Shown here: piece by piece, positions 35,951 to 45,011 of the stretch
Layout of the letters: the number at the start of each line of letters is the position of its first letter
How positions within the stretch are numbered: position 1 is the stretch's first letter
Virus record (IMG/VR): IMGVR_UViG_3300037258_000590
Location: 62,001 to 126,000 of that record
DNA length: 64,000 nucleotides
Reading direction: 5' to 3' (one strand)
Notes under the pieces: generated by a model
What the model was told of the DNA's origin: nothing
Databases searched by the model: none
The model's input: the letters and a program-made list of their open reading frames with translations, nothing else
Made by a program: the position numbers and the translations under genes

Positions 35951-36000
35951 ACGGCTGGCGCGGCCCCGGGCGACGGCGATACGGGAGCGGCGGCTGTTGC

Positions 36001-36600
36001 TCAGAGCCGGCCGCCGTACCGGCTCATCAGGTCCGCCTTGGTCATCGCGGCGGCCTTGTCCTGATCGGCGCCCTGGCTGACCGCCCAGTCGATCCAGGCG
36101 GCCTTGGGAGCGGCGGGACCCGGCGCGACAGGCGCTGGCGTCACGGCATCCGGCTCGCCGGGTTCCTGCACCTGGTCGTCGTCCCCGGCGCCTGCCTCGG
36201 CCCCGTCGTCCCCGGCGCCTGCCTCGGCCCCGTCGTCCCCGGCGTCGAGGTAGCCGGGCGGCTCCGGCACATCGCCCGGCACCGCATCCGCGGCCAGGGC
36301 TTCGGCGGCCAGCCGCTCGCCCTCAACCTGGCTGGCCGGGCGGCCGTCGAGCTTGGACGGGTGGCCCGGCCGCGGGCCTTCGAAGTCGTCCCGCAGCATG
36401 TCCCAGAGCGCTTCCGCGTCCTTGCCGTACGGCGCGGCCAGCTCGGCCCGGATCAGGTCCGCGCCTTCAGCGTCAGGCACGTCCAGTGTCGCGTCCACGG
36501 GCGGCCACCGCTCGCCGTTGCGATGCCCGGAGATCCCGATCCGCATCCGTACCAGCATGGCTGTTCCCTCCGGGATAGCACCTTGCTCCTGTAATGGCAT
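36001..36600 (-). CDS. Phage protein downstream of capsid gene
   Basis: Acidic linker with 27-bp tandem repeat; C-terminal KAAWIDWAVSQG..MTKADL; start uncertain. Confidence 0.6.
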   Translation of the reverse strand: MPLQEQGAIPEGTAMLVRMRIGISGHRNGERWPPVDATLDVPDAEGADLIRAELAAPYGKDAEALWDMLRDDFEGPRPGHPSKLDGRPASQVEGERLAAEALAADAVPGDVPEPPGYLDAGDDGAEAGAGDDGAEAGAGDDDQVQEPGEPDAVTPAPVAPGPAAPKAAWIDWAVSQGADQDKAAAMTKADLMSRYGGRL

Positions 36601-36662
36601 CCCAGCCGGTGCTCGCGTTACAGGCCGCCAGCACCGGCCAGGATGTGCCCGCGAGGTGCCGG

Positions 36663-37928
36663 TCAGGTACCGGCCCCGACGAACACCTTGATCGCCCCGG
36701 TACGGTCCACCAGCGTGCCGTCGCCGCGCAGGATCGCACGGAACGTCACGAGATCGCTGCCGAAAGCGAAGTCGTCGGAGCGCTCAAACCGCACCCCGCC
36801 GACCAGGCGGACGAAGTACTGGGAGAAGTCTCCGAAAGCGACCGACTTGGCCGACGTGGCCTGAGCCGGCATGAACGGGTCCGCCACCAGGGGCTTGCCG
36901 AGCAGCAGGTCAGGGGACCCGAGGACAGCGCTGGGCTCCCAGATCGGGCGCCCCACGGTGTCGGTGATCTTCCGGAAGCCCCCGATGGTCTTGTCCGCGG
37001 CCAGCCAGTAGCAGGATCGCGACTGGCGGTAGGGGGCAATCACGGAATATTCCAGGTCGACCAGGTTGGCGTAGGACGGTGCCCCGGAGACGCCGGTCAC
37101 GGCCCCGGTCACGCCGGTCGTGGCGACGGTGACGATGCCCGCGGGCTGGCCGCTGCCGGATCCGTTCACCAGGTCGGATCCGAACGAGTTTCCGAGAGCC
37201 CGCCCGGCTTGCATAGCAAGATACCCGAGAAGGTCTACCGCCGTGTCGTCAATCAGCTCCCGTGCTACTTGGAGCATAATTCCGTATTTGTACGCTGACA
37301 AGGGTTGCATCGAGAATGCAGGGTCAGCGGTGGGCAGGTTTCCGGCCTGCGCCGCGGAGGCCGCAGTCGAATGTGCTGTCGTCTTGGGCACCTGCAGCGT
37401 CTCGCCGCCACCGGTGTTGAGGACGGTCGGACCGCACTGCATCACACCCGAGACCTCGATCAAGTGTGCGATAAGCATGTCGTAGAAGTCGGTCGGTACG
37501 ATACTGCTTGCGTTTGTGCCGCTTGACTGGCCGCCCGTGGTCAGGATCCGGTAGTTGATCGGGCCGAGGCTGTTGTCGCGGCGGATCTCCAGGTTCCGGG
37601 GCGCGCCTTCCTCCCCGCGGGCCCACTTGCGGATCTCCTCCAGCATCGCGCCGCCGCCAGCGGTCCGGGCTGCCTGGCCGCCTTCGGGCTTGCGGCCGGA
37701 CAGCGCGTCGAACGCGTCATCGGCCTCCTTGGCGCGCTTCTCGGTATCGAGCACGGCGCGGATGCGGGTGTCCAGCTTGGACATCTCCTCCTGCATCGCG
37801 TCCCACTTGCCCTGTTCCTCATCGGTCAGGGCGCGGTTCTCGGTAGCAGCCGCCTCAGCGATGCCCTTAGCCTCATTCCAGACGTTCTGCCTCCGGTCAC
37901 GAAGCCTTTTTGCGACCTCACTAGCCAC
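36663..37928 (-). CDS. Major capsid protein, HK97 fold
   Basis: N-terminal coiled-coil scaffold, YKYG...VARELIDD, LVNGSGSGQPAGI, LLGKPLV, VAFGDFSQY, VTFRAILRGDG. Confidence 0.93.
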   Translation of the reverse strand: MASEVAKRLRDRRQNVWNEAKGIAEAAATENRALTDEEQGKWDAMQEEMSKLDTRIRAVLDTEKRAKEADDAFDALSGRKPEGGQAARTAGGGAMLEEIRKWARGEEGAPRNLEIRRDNSLGPINYRILTTGGQSSGTNASSIVPTDFYDMLIAHLIEVSGVMQCGPTVLNTGGGETLQVPKTTAHSTAASAAQAGNLPTADPAFSMQPLSAYKYGIMLQVARELIDDTAVDLLGYLAMQAGRALGNSFGSDLVNGSGSGQPAGIVTVATTGVTGAVTGVSGAPSYANLVDLEYSVIAPYRQSRSCYWLAADKTIGGFRKITDTVGRPIWEPSAVLGSPDLLLGKPLVADPFMPAQATSAKSVAFGDFSQYFVRLVGGVRFERSDDFAFGSDLVTFRAILRGDGTLVDRTGAIKVFVGAGT

Positions 37929-38056
37929 TTCTGTTTCCTCCTAAACGGGGATTCGGTTGGAGCACCCAGATCGGGGGCTCGGATACAACCGGCTCCGTCC
38001 GCGCCCAGGAGGGCAGCTACGGCCTCAGCAGATTCTGTTTTACTGTCCTGGGCGGG

Positions 38057-39076
38057 CTAGACGTCCTCGTCCGCCCAGGGGTCTTCCATGTTGGCCTGCA
38101 GCGCGATCAGCGCCTGGGCCCCGGTCATGGCCGGCTTGGGGGCGGGCCGCACGCGCTGGGTTTCCTTCGGCGCTCCGGCGGTCAGGTCCCGGGTGCGCTT
38201 GAAGAACTCCATGGCCCGCCCGTCACCGACCCGGGCGCGGACTTCCTCCACGTCGGCCTGGACCCACTGGGCCAGCGACTCGATCGCGCCGTTCATGGCG
38301 CGGGCGTTGGAGGTGGCGTCCGGGTACGCGGGGTCCAGCACGGGCGCGACATCGACCAGCTGCACGGACAGCAGCGTGCGCATGGGGTAGTTGAACTCGC
38401 TGATGCCCCACTCATCACCGCCGGGGTAGATCCGGAAGGCGAACGAGCTGTGCCGGACGTCACCGCGGGCCACGTACTCCAGCACGTCAGCGCGGGCGTT
38501 CGGCGGTTCCACCTCGTACGCCAGGCCGGTGTCGTCGGTGGCCAGCCGCAGGGTGCGGGCATACGTGGTGCCGAGCAGGTGATCGTCCTTGTGGTTGTAC
38601 CGGCACACCACGTCAGGCCAGCCCAGGGATTTGGTCTCGTTGAACGCGCCGGTATCGACCTGCTCCACGAAGCCGCCGAGCTTGCGGCTCAGCTTGCCGA
38701 ACGCGGCGGCGTACCCGTAGATGTACTTGGGGCCGTGGCCGCCGTGGGACTCGCGGACCTCGGGCGGGAACCGGGTGAACCGGCGCTCGGGAAAGCCTTC
38801 CGGCTCCAGCCAGCCGAGAGCGGCGCGCTGGTCCGCGGAGACGGTGATGCCGAACTTGCGGGCCGCGGCCAGGATCTTGGGCATGGCCTGCTTGCCGAAC
38901 GGCGACTTCGGTGCCCGGGACAGGGCGTTGCGGGCGTGCGCCTCGTCGTGCACGGGGAAATGGCGCTTGCTCCGCGGCACGGTCTTGCCCTGCGGGTCTT
39001 TCGTTCCGCCGGCTTCGATGTGGGCGAAAGCGCTATCGGGCAAATCATTAATGGCAGCCTGACTCATATCAGTCAT
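38057..39076 (-). CDS. HK97-family prohead protease with N-terminal extension
   Basis: IYGYAAAF, EQVDTGAF, YNHKDDHLLG, LRLATDDTGL, SSFAF, LVDVAPVLDPAYPD. Confidence 0.9.
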   Translation of the reverse strand: MTDMSQAAINDLPDSAFAHIEAGGTKDPQGKTVPRSKRHFPVHDEAHARNALSRAPKSPFGKQAMPKILAAARKFGITVSADQRAALGWLEPEGFPERRFTRFPPEVRESHGGHGPKYIYGYAAAFGKLSRKLGGFVEQVDTGAFNETKSLGWPDVVCRYNHKDDHLLGTTYARTLRLATDDTGLAYEVEPPNARADVLEYVARGDVRHSSFAFRIYPGGDEWGISEFNYPMRTLLSVQLVDVAPVLDPAYPDATSNARAMNGAIESLAQWVQADVEEVRARVGDGRAMEFFKRTRDLTAGAPKETQRVRPAPKPAMTGAQALIALQANMEDPWADEDV

Positions 39077-39110
39077 TCGAAAAACCCTCCATGACCTGGC
39101 CAGTTACCAC

Positions 39111-39563
39111 TTGGCCAACTTCCCTATATGCACTAAGGCTGTGCCTGAAATCCGGGGTATTACTGGAAAACCGTGCCGGCTCCGCGCCGGGGACATCCTG
39201 TCGCGAGGTCCCGGCCGCGACGCCGAAGTGATCTACTGCAGCGTGCGATGCCGTCGTAACCACGAGCGGGAACGAAACACCGCTGCCGGGATTGCGCCGG
39301 TCACCAAACCGTGCGAAGAATGCAGCGGGCCGTTCACGTACTGCGCCTCGGTGCGGCCTAACGGGGCTTACTGCTCGCTGGACGGCAAAAACAGGGCGCA
39401 CAGCCGCCGGATGACCGGCCGCATCCAGGACGAGCCCAGCCGGGACAGCACTTTCCGCAAATCCATGCGACGCGTTTTCTGCAGTCGGCGTGCCCTGTGC
39501 AGCTGGGAGCTGGTCCAGCAGGCCCGGCTGACGATTATCAGACATCAGCCATCCCTCCCGTAA
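39111..39563 (+). CDS. Zn-finger-like protein antisense within the head operon
   Basis: YCSVRC, CEEC, YCS, FCSRRALC motifs. Confidence 0.45.
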   Translation: MANFPICTKAVPEIRGITGKPCRLRAGDILSRGPGRDAEVIYCSVRCRRNHERERNTAAGIAPVTKPCEECSGPFTYCASVRPNGAYCSLDGKNRAHSRRMTGRIQDEPSRDSTFRKSMRRVFCSRRALCSWELVQQARLTIIRHQPSLP

Positions 39564-42136
39564 CCATTGACGTGGTTCTGGCCGCTCCCGTTTACCCCGG
39601 ACAGCACAAGCTCCCGGGGGGACGGGATCCACGCTCCGACGTACTCCGGCTTGCCCCGCGGACGGCTTCCGTGCAGGCGCCGCCGGGCCGCGAGGAAATC
39701 GAGGATCAGCTGGGCGTCCTCGCGTTCCTCCGTGGTCCCGGCGGCGCGCTGCTGGCTGATAATCGAGCCCAGCATGGATTCCGGGCCGGGCATCGGCTGC
39801 CCGGTGTCCGTGGCGAGGCCCTGCTTCTCCAGGGACTCCAGCCGGTCCACGGCCAGGTCCATCTCCAGCGTGATGCTCTGCAGCATCGAGTTCGGGATGC
39901 CCTTGATGGACCGGGACATGGCGACCATGACCTCCAGCGGGATGTTCTCCCCGCCGGCCTTGCCGGGCAGCGGCTCCAGGTCTTCCAGGTCACGGATCTC
40001 GTCCGTCGTGCGCAGGCCCATGTCCCGCTGGGTCTTGTAGATGTTCGTCCTGGTCTGCAGGTCGGTCTTGAGCAGCGCGTCGCTGTCGAACCGGACATAC
40101 CGGTTGGCCGGCAGGATCTTGAAGAACGCGTGCTCCAGCCGGACCAGCCACGGCCGCAGCGCCTCGATCACCTGCAGCGTCGACTGCTCAACCGTGTTCC
40201 CCGTGAAGTAGCAGGTCCCGTCACGCCGGGCAAACCAGGTCTTATTCGGCGTCTGCACGCACCACACCAGGTCTGCAGTGCCCTCACTGACTTGCCGGGC
40301 GCGGCCCTTCGGCTTCACGAACGGCTCGACCCGGATGCTGGCGTGATACATGCCGTTCCGGTCCGGCCCCCGGACTACCGCAGCACGGCCAGTCAGCGCG
40401 CACGCGACCTGGAATGCCTCCAGCCGGGCACGGTCCTTCTGCGCTATCACGGCCCCGGCCGGGCCGGGCGTCCGGCGCGTTCCGGCCGCATCAGCAGATA
40501 CCTGGTAAAACAGCTCCAGCTGCGCGCGGGTGAGCTGGCTAAGGAACTCCGCCGTAACTACCCTGCCTGGCGCATGCTCGGTCAGGAGCCGTCCCGCCTG
40601 CGCGTTCAGCCGGAAGTGGCTGACCTGGCGGTTACTCGTATCTTCGGTCCAGCCTGGGCCGTCCGCCGGGCCAGCGCGGACCAGAGCGGCTGTGCGGGGA
40701 TCTACGCCGCACTCCCGGCCGGCAAGCTTCACGTCCGGGCCGAACAGCCCGGTGAGCGCAGCGCGGATCCTGGCCGTATTCCGCGGGTTAGCAGAGCCCG
40801 GCTGGGTGATCGTGACCTGGCCGGAATCGCCGATCCGGCCTTCGGTCCAGAACCAGGCCATCAGCTCAGCCAGGGAGTCCGACCACTTCGGCTGGTCCGG
40901 TGCCTGATACGGTGTCGCGGCGGCGATCCGGGCGTCCCAGGGCATTGTCTCTGTCGTCCGCCAGGCCCAGCCGTTCCCGTGCGCGCGATTCGCGGACATG
41001 ACAGGCCAGCGGTGGTTTCCGGTGGTAGCCGATGAATGGCGCAGGGACCTGAACTGCGTCACCGGGTACGGGCCGTCGCGGTAAATATGCACGGACTGAA
41101 CTGGCTGCCATTCAGCTATCCCGGCCTCCACGTTCAATGTCAGGGCAGTGTCCCCGGCTTTTACCTGGTCATAACGCAGCCAGCCGCGAGTAGTCAGGAT
41201 CTGCGTGTCTTCCGTAACACAGCTGTACGTGAGCGAGTCGCCCTTGGTGCCGCCGAGCCGGTCCGGAGGCAGCCCGAGAATAGCGGCGATCATCGTGGCG
41301 TTCATCTGCAGCGCCTGGATAAATTGCGCCTCGCTCGGCGGTACAACGACTGGCTTATAGTCCCAGTCGCGGCCGTATACCAGCGGTTCGCGCCGCCTGA
41401 TCGTGGCGCTGAGCAGAGACCGGATCTCCTCGGCCTGGTCGGCGTCGATCTCGATCTCGTTATTCTGGAAGGTGCCCGGGGGGAAACCGCCGCTGCGGAA
41501 CCAGTCCGTGCCGTACCGCTGGGCTTCCATGCCGTTCAAGATGGTCAGCGCGAACGCGCGCAGCGGGCTGATGCCCTCGATACGGCCGGCGATGGAGAAC
41601 GCCTTGATGTGGAACAGCTCGCTGCGGTCCATCAGGCGCCCGTAGACATAGATCCTGGCCCGGAGCGGGTTCCAGGGCTGCTGCTCGTCATCGGCGACCG
41701 TGACGTCTTCAGGGGGGATCCATTCAACCCCGGTGGGGAAGCCGAAGCCGTCGCGGCCGGTGATGAAACCCCAGGCGTTGCCTTGCAGGACCAGCGAGGT
41801 CATGGCAGTGAACAGCCAGTCGAACAGGGTCCCGGTAACCGAGGGCGCGTCGAAGATAGTCGGCCCGCGGTAACGCGCAGCCCGGCCTCCGGATCCGGCA
41901 CGGGTGTAGATCTTGAGCGGCAGCGAGCCGACCGAATCGGCCAGCAGCTTGGCCCCGGAGTACAGCGCGGGCAGGCCCAGCGCCTCATCCTGGCCGTAGT
42001 ACGCCCGGGACGGGTGGACCGGGCCGCCAGCTGAGAAGCGGACGAAGGGGTTGCCTAAATCCCAGGGCTTCCAAGGCACCCCGCCAATAACCCGGTTTTC
42101 CGTCCGGGAAGACTGGATGCGCTCAATAAGTCCCAT
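39545..42136 (-). CDS. Phage portal protein (HK97-like) with intein
   Basis: LADSVGSLPL, LVLQGNAW, ELFHIK, GISPL, AILGLPPDRLG, LRPWLVRLE, DALLKTD. Confidence 0.92.
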   Translation of the reverse strand: MGLIERIQSSRTENRVIGGVPWKPWDLGNPFVRFSAGGPVHPSRAYYGQDEALGLPALYSGAKLLADSVGSLPLKIYTRAGSGGRAARYRGPTIFDAPSVTGTLFDWLFTAMTSLVLQGNAWGFITGRDGFGFPTGVEWIPPEDVTVADDEQQPWNPLRARIYVYGRLMDRSELFHIKAFSIAGRIEGISPLRAFALTILNGMEAQRYGTDWFRSGGFPPGTFQNNEIEIDADQAEEIRSLLSATIRRREPLVYGRDWDYKPVVVPPSEAQFIQALQMNATMIAAILGLPPDRLGGTKGDSLTYSCVTEDTQILTTRGWLRYDQVKAGDTALTLNVEAGIAEWQPVQSVHIYRDGPYPVTQFRSLRHSSATTGNHRWPVMSANRAHGNGWAWRTTETMPWDARIAAATPYQAPDQPKWSDSLAELMAWFWTEGRIGDSGQVTITQPGSANPRNTARIRAALTGLFGPDVKLAGRECGVDPRTAALVRAGPADGPGWTEDTSNRQVSHFRLNAQAGRLLTEHAPGRVVTAEFLSQLTRAQLELFYQVSADAAGTRRTPGPAGAVIAQKDRARLEAFQVACALTGRAAVVRGPDRNGMYHASIRVEPFVKPKGRARQVSEGTADLVWCVQTPNKTWFARRDGTCYFTGNTVEQSTLQVIEALRPWLVRLEHAFFKILPANRYVRFDSDALLKTDLQTRTNIYKTQRDMGLRTTDEIRDLEDLEPLPGKAGGENIPLEVMVAMSRSIKGIPNSMLQSITLEMDLAVDRLESLEKQGLATDTGQPMPGPESMLGSIISQQRAAGTTEEREDAQLILDFLAARRRLHGSRPRGKPEYVGAWIPSPRELVLSGVNGSGQNHVNGYGRDG
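40196..41221 (-). mobile_element. Intein in portal (342 aa), degenerate endonuclease
   Basis: CVTEDTQILT start, TGNHRW block B, WCVQTPNKTWFARRDG block F, ends TGN with Thr+1. Confidence 0.9.
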
Positions 42137-42524
42137 AGTCCCGCACCACCTCCCCCCGGTTGCCGTAATCGGTAAAGCGGGGAGGGCACCGGATTTGCCC
42201 CGGCGGTATTCCGGGCGCAGCCGCGCAAGCTGAATACAAGCGGAACGGCACGCCGCCGGTCACGCGCTGCTCGGCGCGGCTGGCACGGATTTGCTCGATC
42301 AGCCCGCGGGGCACGAGGCCGGGACTCCCTCAGGTCGGTCCGGGTGGGGAACCCGGCTCCGATCCGGCCGCGGGTAGTGGCTATGCACAGGTTACGCCCT
42401 GTCCCGGGACCTGCGCACCCGCGCACGCACTGAATACCGGAAAACCGGCTCCAGACTCTGCTTCCAGCGCTCTGCACCGGGATGGCCGGGCGCCTCTCTC
42501 CGGTGTTTGCAAAGGATTTTTCAC

Positions 42525-42533
42525 TGTTATAAA
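42525..42533 (+). promoter_or_regulatory. Extended -10 promoter candidate for the XRE gene
   Basis: TG-T-TATAAA with TTGCAA upstream. Confidence 0.35.
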
Positions 42534-42571
42534 CTGCGTAACAGGTGCAGGAGCGAAGACAGGAGACCATC

Positions 42572-43435
42572 ATGAGCAGAACCAAAGCTGAGACGTACGT
42601 GCTGGACTGGCGGGTGAGCGCCCGGCTGAAGCAGCTGCGCCTCGCCGCCGGCATGACGGGTACCGATGTAGCGGCCAAGGCCGGGATATCGTCATCCAAG
42701 GTCGCCCGGATAGAACTGGGCAGGAATGCCTTTCCGCTCTCCGACCTGCGCGTACTGCTCAAGCTCTACGGGCTGGAGGAGCACGGCGACGAGACGCAGC
42801 ACATCGTGGACCTGGCGGCCAGTTCCGCGGAACCGCACCTCGGCGTCAAAGGTTCCCCGCGGACTTCGGCGTCCGGAGTCCTGCGCGAGACCTGCACCGA
42901 GATCAGGCTCTGGGCGCCGGAGGTGCTGCCGCCGCCGCTGCGCACGGAAGCCTACGAACGCGCGCTTGCCACGGCAGTGCAGGACCTGACCGGCCAGCTG
43001 CCATCTGAGGTGGCGAGAGCCGCGAAGACAGCGGCAGCCTGGTCGGACCGGGTGAGCGCCCGCAGAGGCGCGCTCCCGGTGCGCGCGGTCATCGACGCGA
43101 CGACCCTGCGGCGTACGGTGGGATCTGCGGCGATCATGCGCGATCAGGTCAGTTACCTGGTCATGCTGACCCAGGAGCCCGGAATTACGCTGCTGGTGCT
43201 GCCCCTTGGCGCGCTAGCCCCCCGCGGGACCAGCGCCTTCACGTGGATGCGGTTCAGCGACGTGCAGGGCACGCGGACGCCGGATGCCGTGATCTTTGAT
43301 GACATCACGGCCCCGGAATTCAGGATCACGAACGAGGAGCAGGTGACGTACAGGTGTGCCCGCACGTTCGGGATGCTGGAGAACGCGGCCGAGAACCCGG
43401 CTGCCGCCTTGGCCGCGGCGGGGAAAGCCTGGTGA
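42572..43435 (+). CDS. XRE HTH + DUF5753-like actinobacterial regulator
   Basis: RLKQLRLAAGMT..DVA..AGIS.SKVARIELG; LRTEAY, AVIDATTLRRTVG..MRDQ. Confidence 0.8.
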   Translation: MSRTKAETYVLDWRVSARLKQLRLAAGMTGTDVAAKAGISSSKVARIELGRNAFPLSDLRVLLKLYGLEEHGDETQHIVDLAASSAEPHLGVKGSPRTSASGVLRETCTEIRLWAPEVLPPPLRTEAYERALATAVQDLTGQLPSEVARAAKTAAAWSDRVSARRGALPVRAVIDATTLRRTVGSAAIMRDQVSYLVMLTQEPGITLLVLPLGALAPRGTSAFTWMRFSDVQGTRTPDAVIFDDITAPEFRITNEEQVTYRCARTFGMLENAAENPAAALAAAGKAW

Positions 43436-43460
43436 CCGGGTATTCCGGTGCTACGCGCAG

Positions 43461-43739
43461 CTACAGCTTGGACGACCCTGCTTGCGCGGGCGGCTCCGGG
43501 GCGGCGGTCCGGGCGGTTATCTGAGCGTCCGTCAGGCCGATACCGAGCCAGTACCCGTACCGGACAGAGATCCCGGTGAACACCAGGGCACGCCAGCTGC
43601 CGCCGGCCAGGAAACCCGCGGCCACGAACAGCCAGGCGATAGCGGTGACCAGCGCGCGGCCTGGGCGTACCGAAGATGTGCGGGCGCGCTCGCGCAGTTC
43701 GTCTACCGGCAGTGACCGGAGAGCAGCGGCAGTAACCAT
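43461..43739 (-). CDS. Hypothetical membrane protein
   Basis: Hydrophobic segment. Confidence 0.4.
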   Translation of the reverse strand: MVTAAALRSLPVDELRERARTSSVRPGRALVTAIAWLFVAAGFLAGGSWRALVFTGISVRYGYWLGIGLTDAQITARTAAPEPPAQAGSSKL

Positions 43740-43832
43740 GCCAGGTCCTTCCTGAAGCCGGAAGCCTGGCTCCGGTCCGGCCGCAGGCAGCAGATACCCC
43801 CGAGGATAGCGGCCACTGGCAGCAAGCCGCTG

Positions 43833-44180
43833 CTATCCGGCCTGGACCCAGCGGCCTTCCCGCACCCAGCCGTGATCTCCGCAATGGCACCGGATCGACG
43901 GGTCCAGGGTGAGCGGCTCCCAGCTGAGAACCTGCCAGGTAACCCGCGGGCAGAAGACGCGCCTGACTTCCGGCGTGTCCGGATGCAGGGCGCCTTCGCA
44001 GTACCCGCGTTCCCGGCAGTGCGGGTGATCATCGCCGGGCAGCAGCGGATGACGGATAAGCGCGAGCGCCTTCTCGATATCCGGCACGCCGGCATACTGC
44101 GGGTTCAGCTGCCGGTCCGGTTCCCAGCTGGCCCAGTGCAGCACGTGACCGTGCCCGAGATCGAGATCGCGGTCGGTCAC
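43833..44180 (-). CDS. Hypothetical phage protein
   Basis: PLTLDPSIRCHCGDHGWVREGRW. Confidence 0.6.
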   Translation of the reverse strand: MTDRDLDLGHGHVLHWASWEPDRQLNPQYAGVPDIEKALALIRHPLLPGDDHPHCRERGYCEGALHPDTPEVRRVFCPRVTWQVLSWEPLTLDPSIRCHCGDHGWVREGRWVQAG

Positions 44181-44437
44181 CCCGGCTCCGGCGGCGCCGG
44201 CCGGAACGTCACGGCGATCTCGGCGCCAAGCTGGCCGGTGAACCAGGATGCCGCGGACTCGTTCTTGATCGTCATCTTGATCTGGCCGGACGGCGTGGCG
44301 CGAGCCCAGTTCTTGTTGTGCTCGCCGCGGCTGACCGCGACCAGGGTGACTTCGGTGGCGTCCGGGTCATAGGCACGCCGTTCGTAACCGGATACGAAGA
44401 ACCGGGCTTCGACTGCTGCAGGCATGGCTGCGCTCAT
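44177..44437 (-). CDS. Hypothetical phage protein
   Basis: ENKNWARATPSG-like motif (HNKNWARATPSGQIKMTI). Confidence 0.6.
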   Translation of the reverse strand: MSAAMPAAVEARFFVSGYERRAYDPDATEVTLVAVSRGEHNKNWARATPSGQIKMTIKNESAASWFTGQLGAEIAVTFRPAPPEPG

Positions 44438-44502
44438 TTCACGCGTAATGACGGGTGCGAGTGCCTGCGAGGGGCCGTGCGGCCAGCCCGAGCAGCCTCA
44501 TG

Positions 44503-44763
44503 TTACCGCTGCGCATGGCGGATGTCGTCCAGGGCCTGCAGGACCAGGCAGTCTTTGGCCTCGCGCAGCTTGCGCAGCCCGGCGGACAGCTCCGGGCCGT
44601 CGCGCAGCAGGGCGGCCAGCTCGATCGCGGCCCGCCAGGTGACCGCGGAGACATCCAGGGCGATACCGTCGAGCCGCGGATTCGGTTCCAGCCACTGCAT
44701 CAGGTGCCGGGTGGCTTCGTGGCGGTGGCTGAGGTCAGGGGCTGGCGGCACGGTAACGGCCAT
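44503..44763 (-). CDS. Hypothetical phage protein
   Basis: GPELSAGLRKLREAKDC. Confidence 0.55.
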   Translation of the reverse strand: MAVTVPPAPDLSHRHEATRHLMQWLEPNPRLDGIALDVSAVTWRAAIELAALLRDGPELSAGLRKLREAKDCLVLQALDDIRHAQR

Positions 44764-45011
44764 GGGGGGATCCTCCTGCTGGCGGGATGATGGCGGGCGG
44801 CGGATGGCCCGGACGTGGCGGTGATGGCCGCCGCGCACGCGGAAGTGGTGCGGCATGCTGATGACGGTGATGCGCTCGTAAGCGCCCGGTCCGTGACGGC
44901 AGCCGCGTACGGCGGGCCGGCACAAGGTGCATTCCCAGTACCAGTGCCAGCCGCCGCACAGCCTGCAGGCGGTACAGGGGCACGGGTCGCGCCGGATCCG
45001 GAAGGCTGCTG

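Noticed and set aside
39497-41035. Long antisense ORFs opposite portal, terL, capsid and AdSS genes
   Set aside because: Shadow frames of genuine high-GC genes on the other strand
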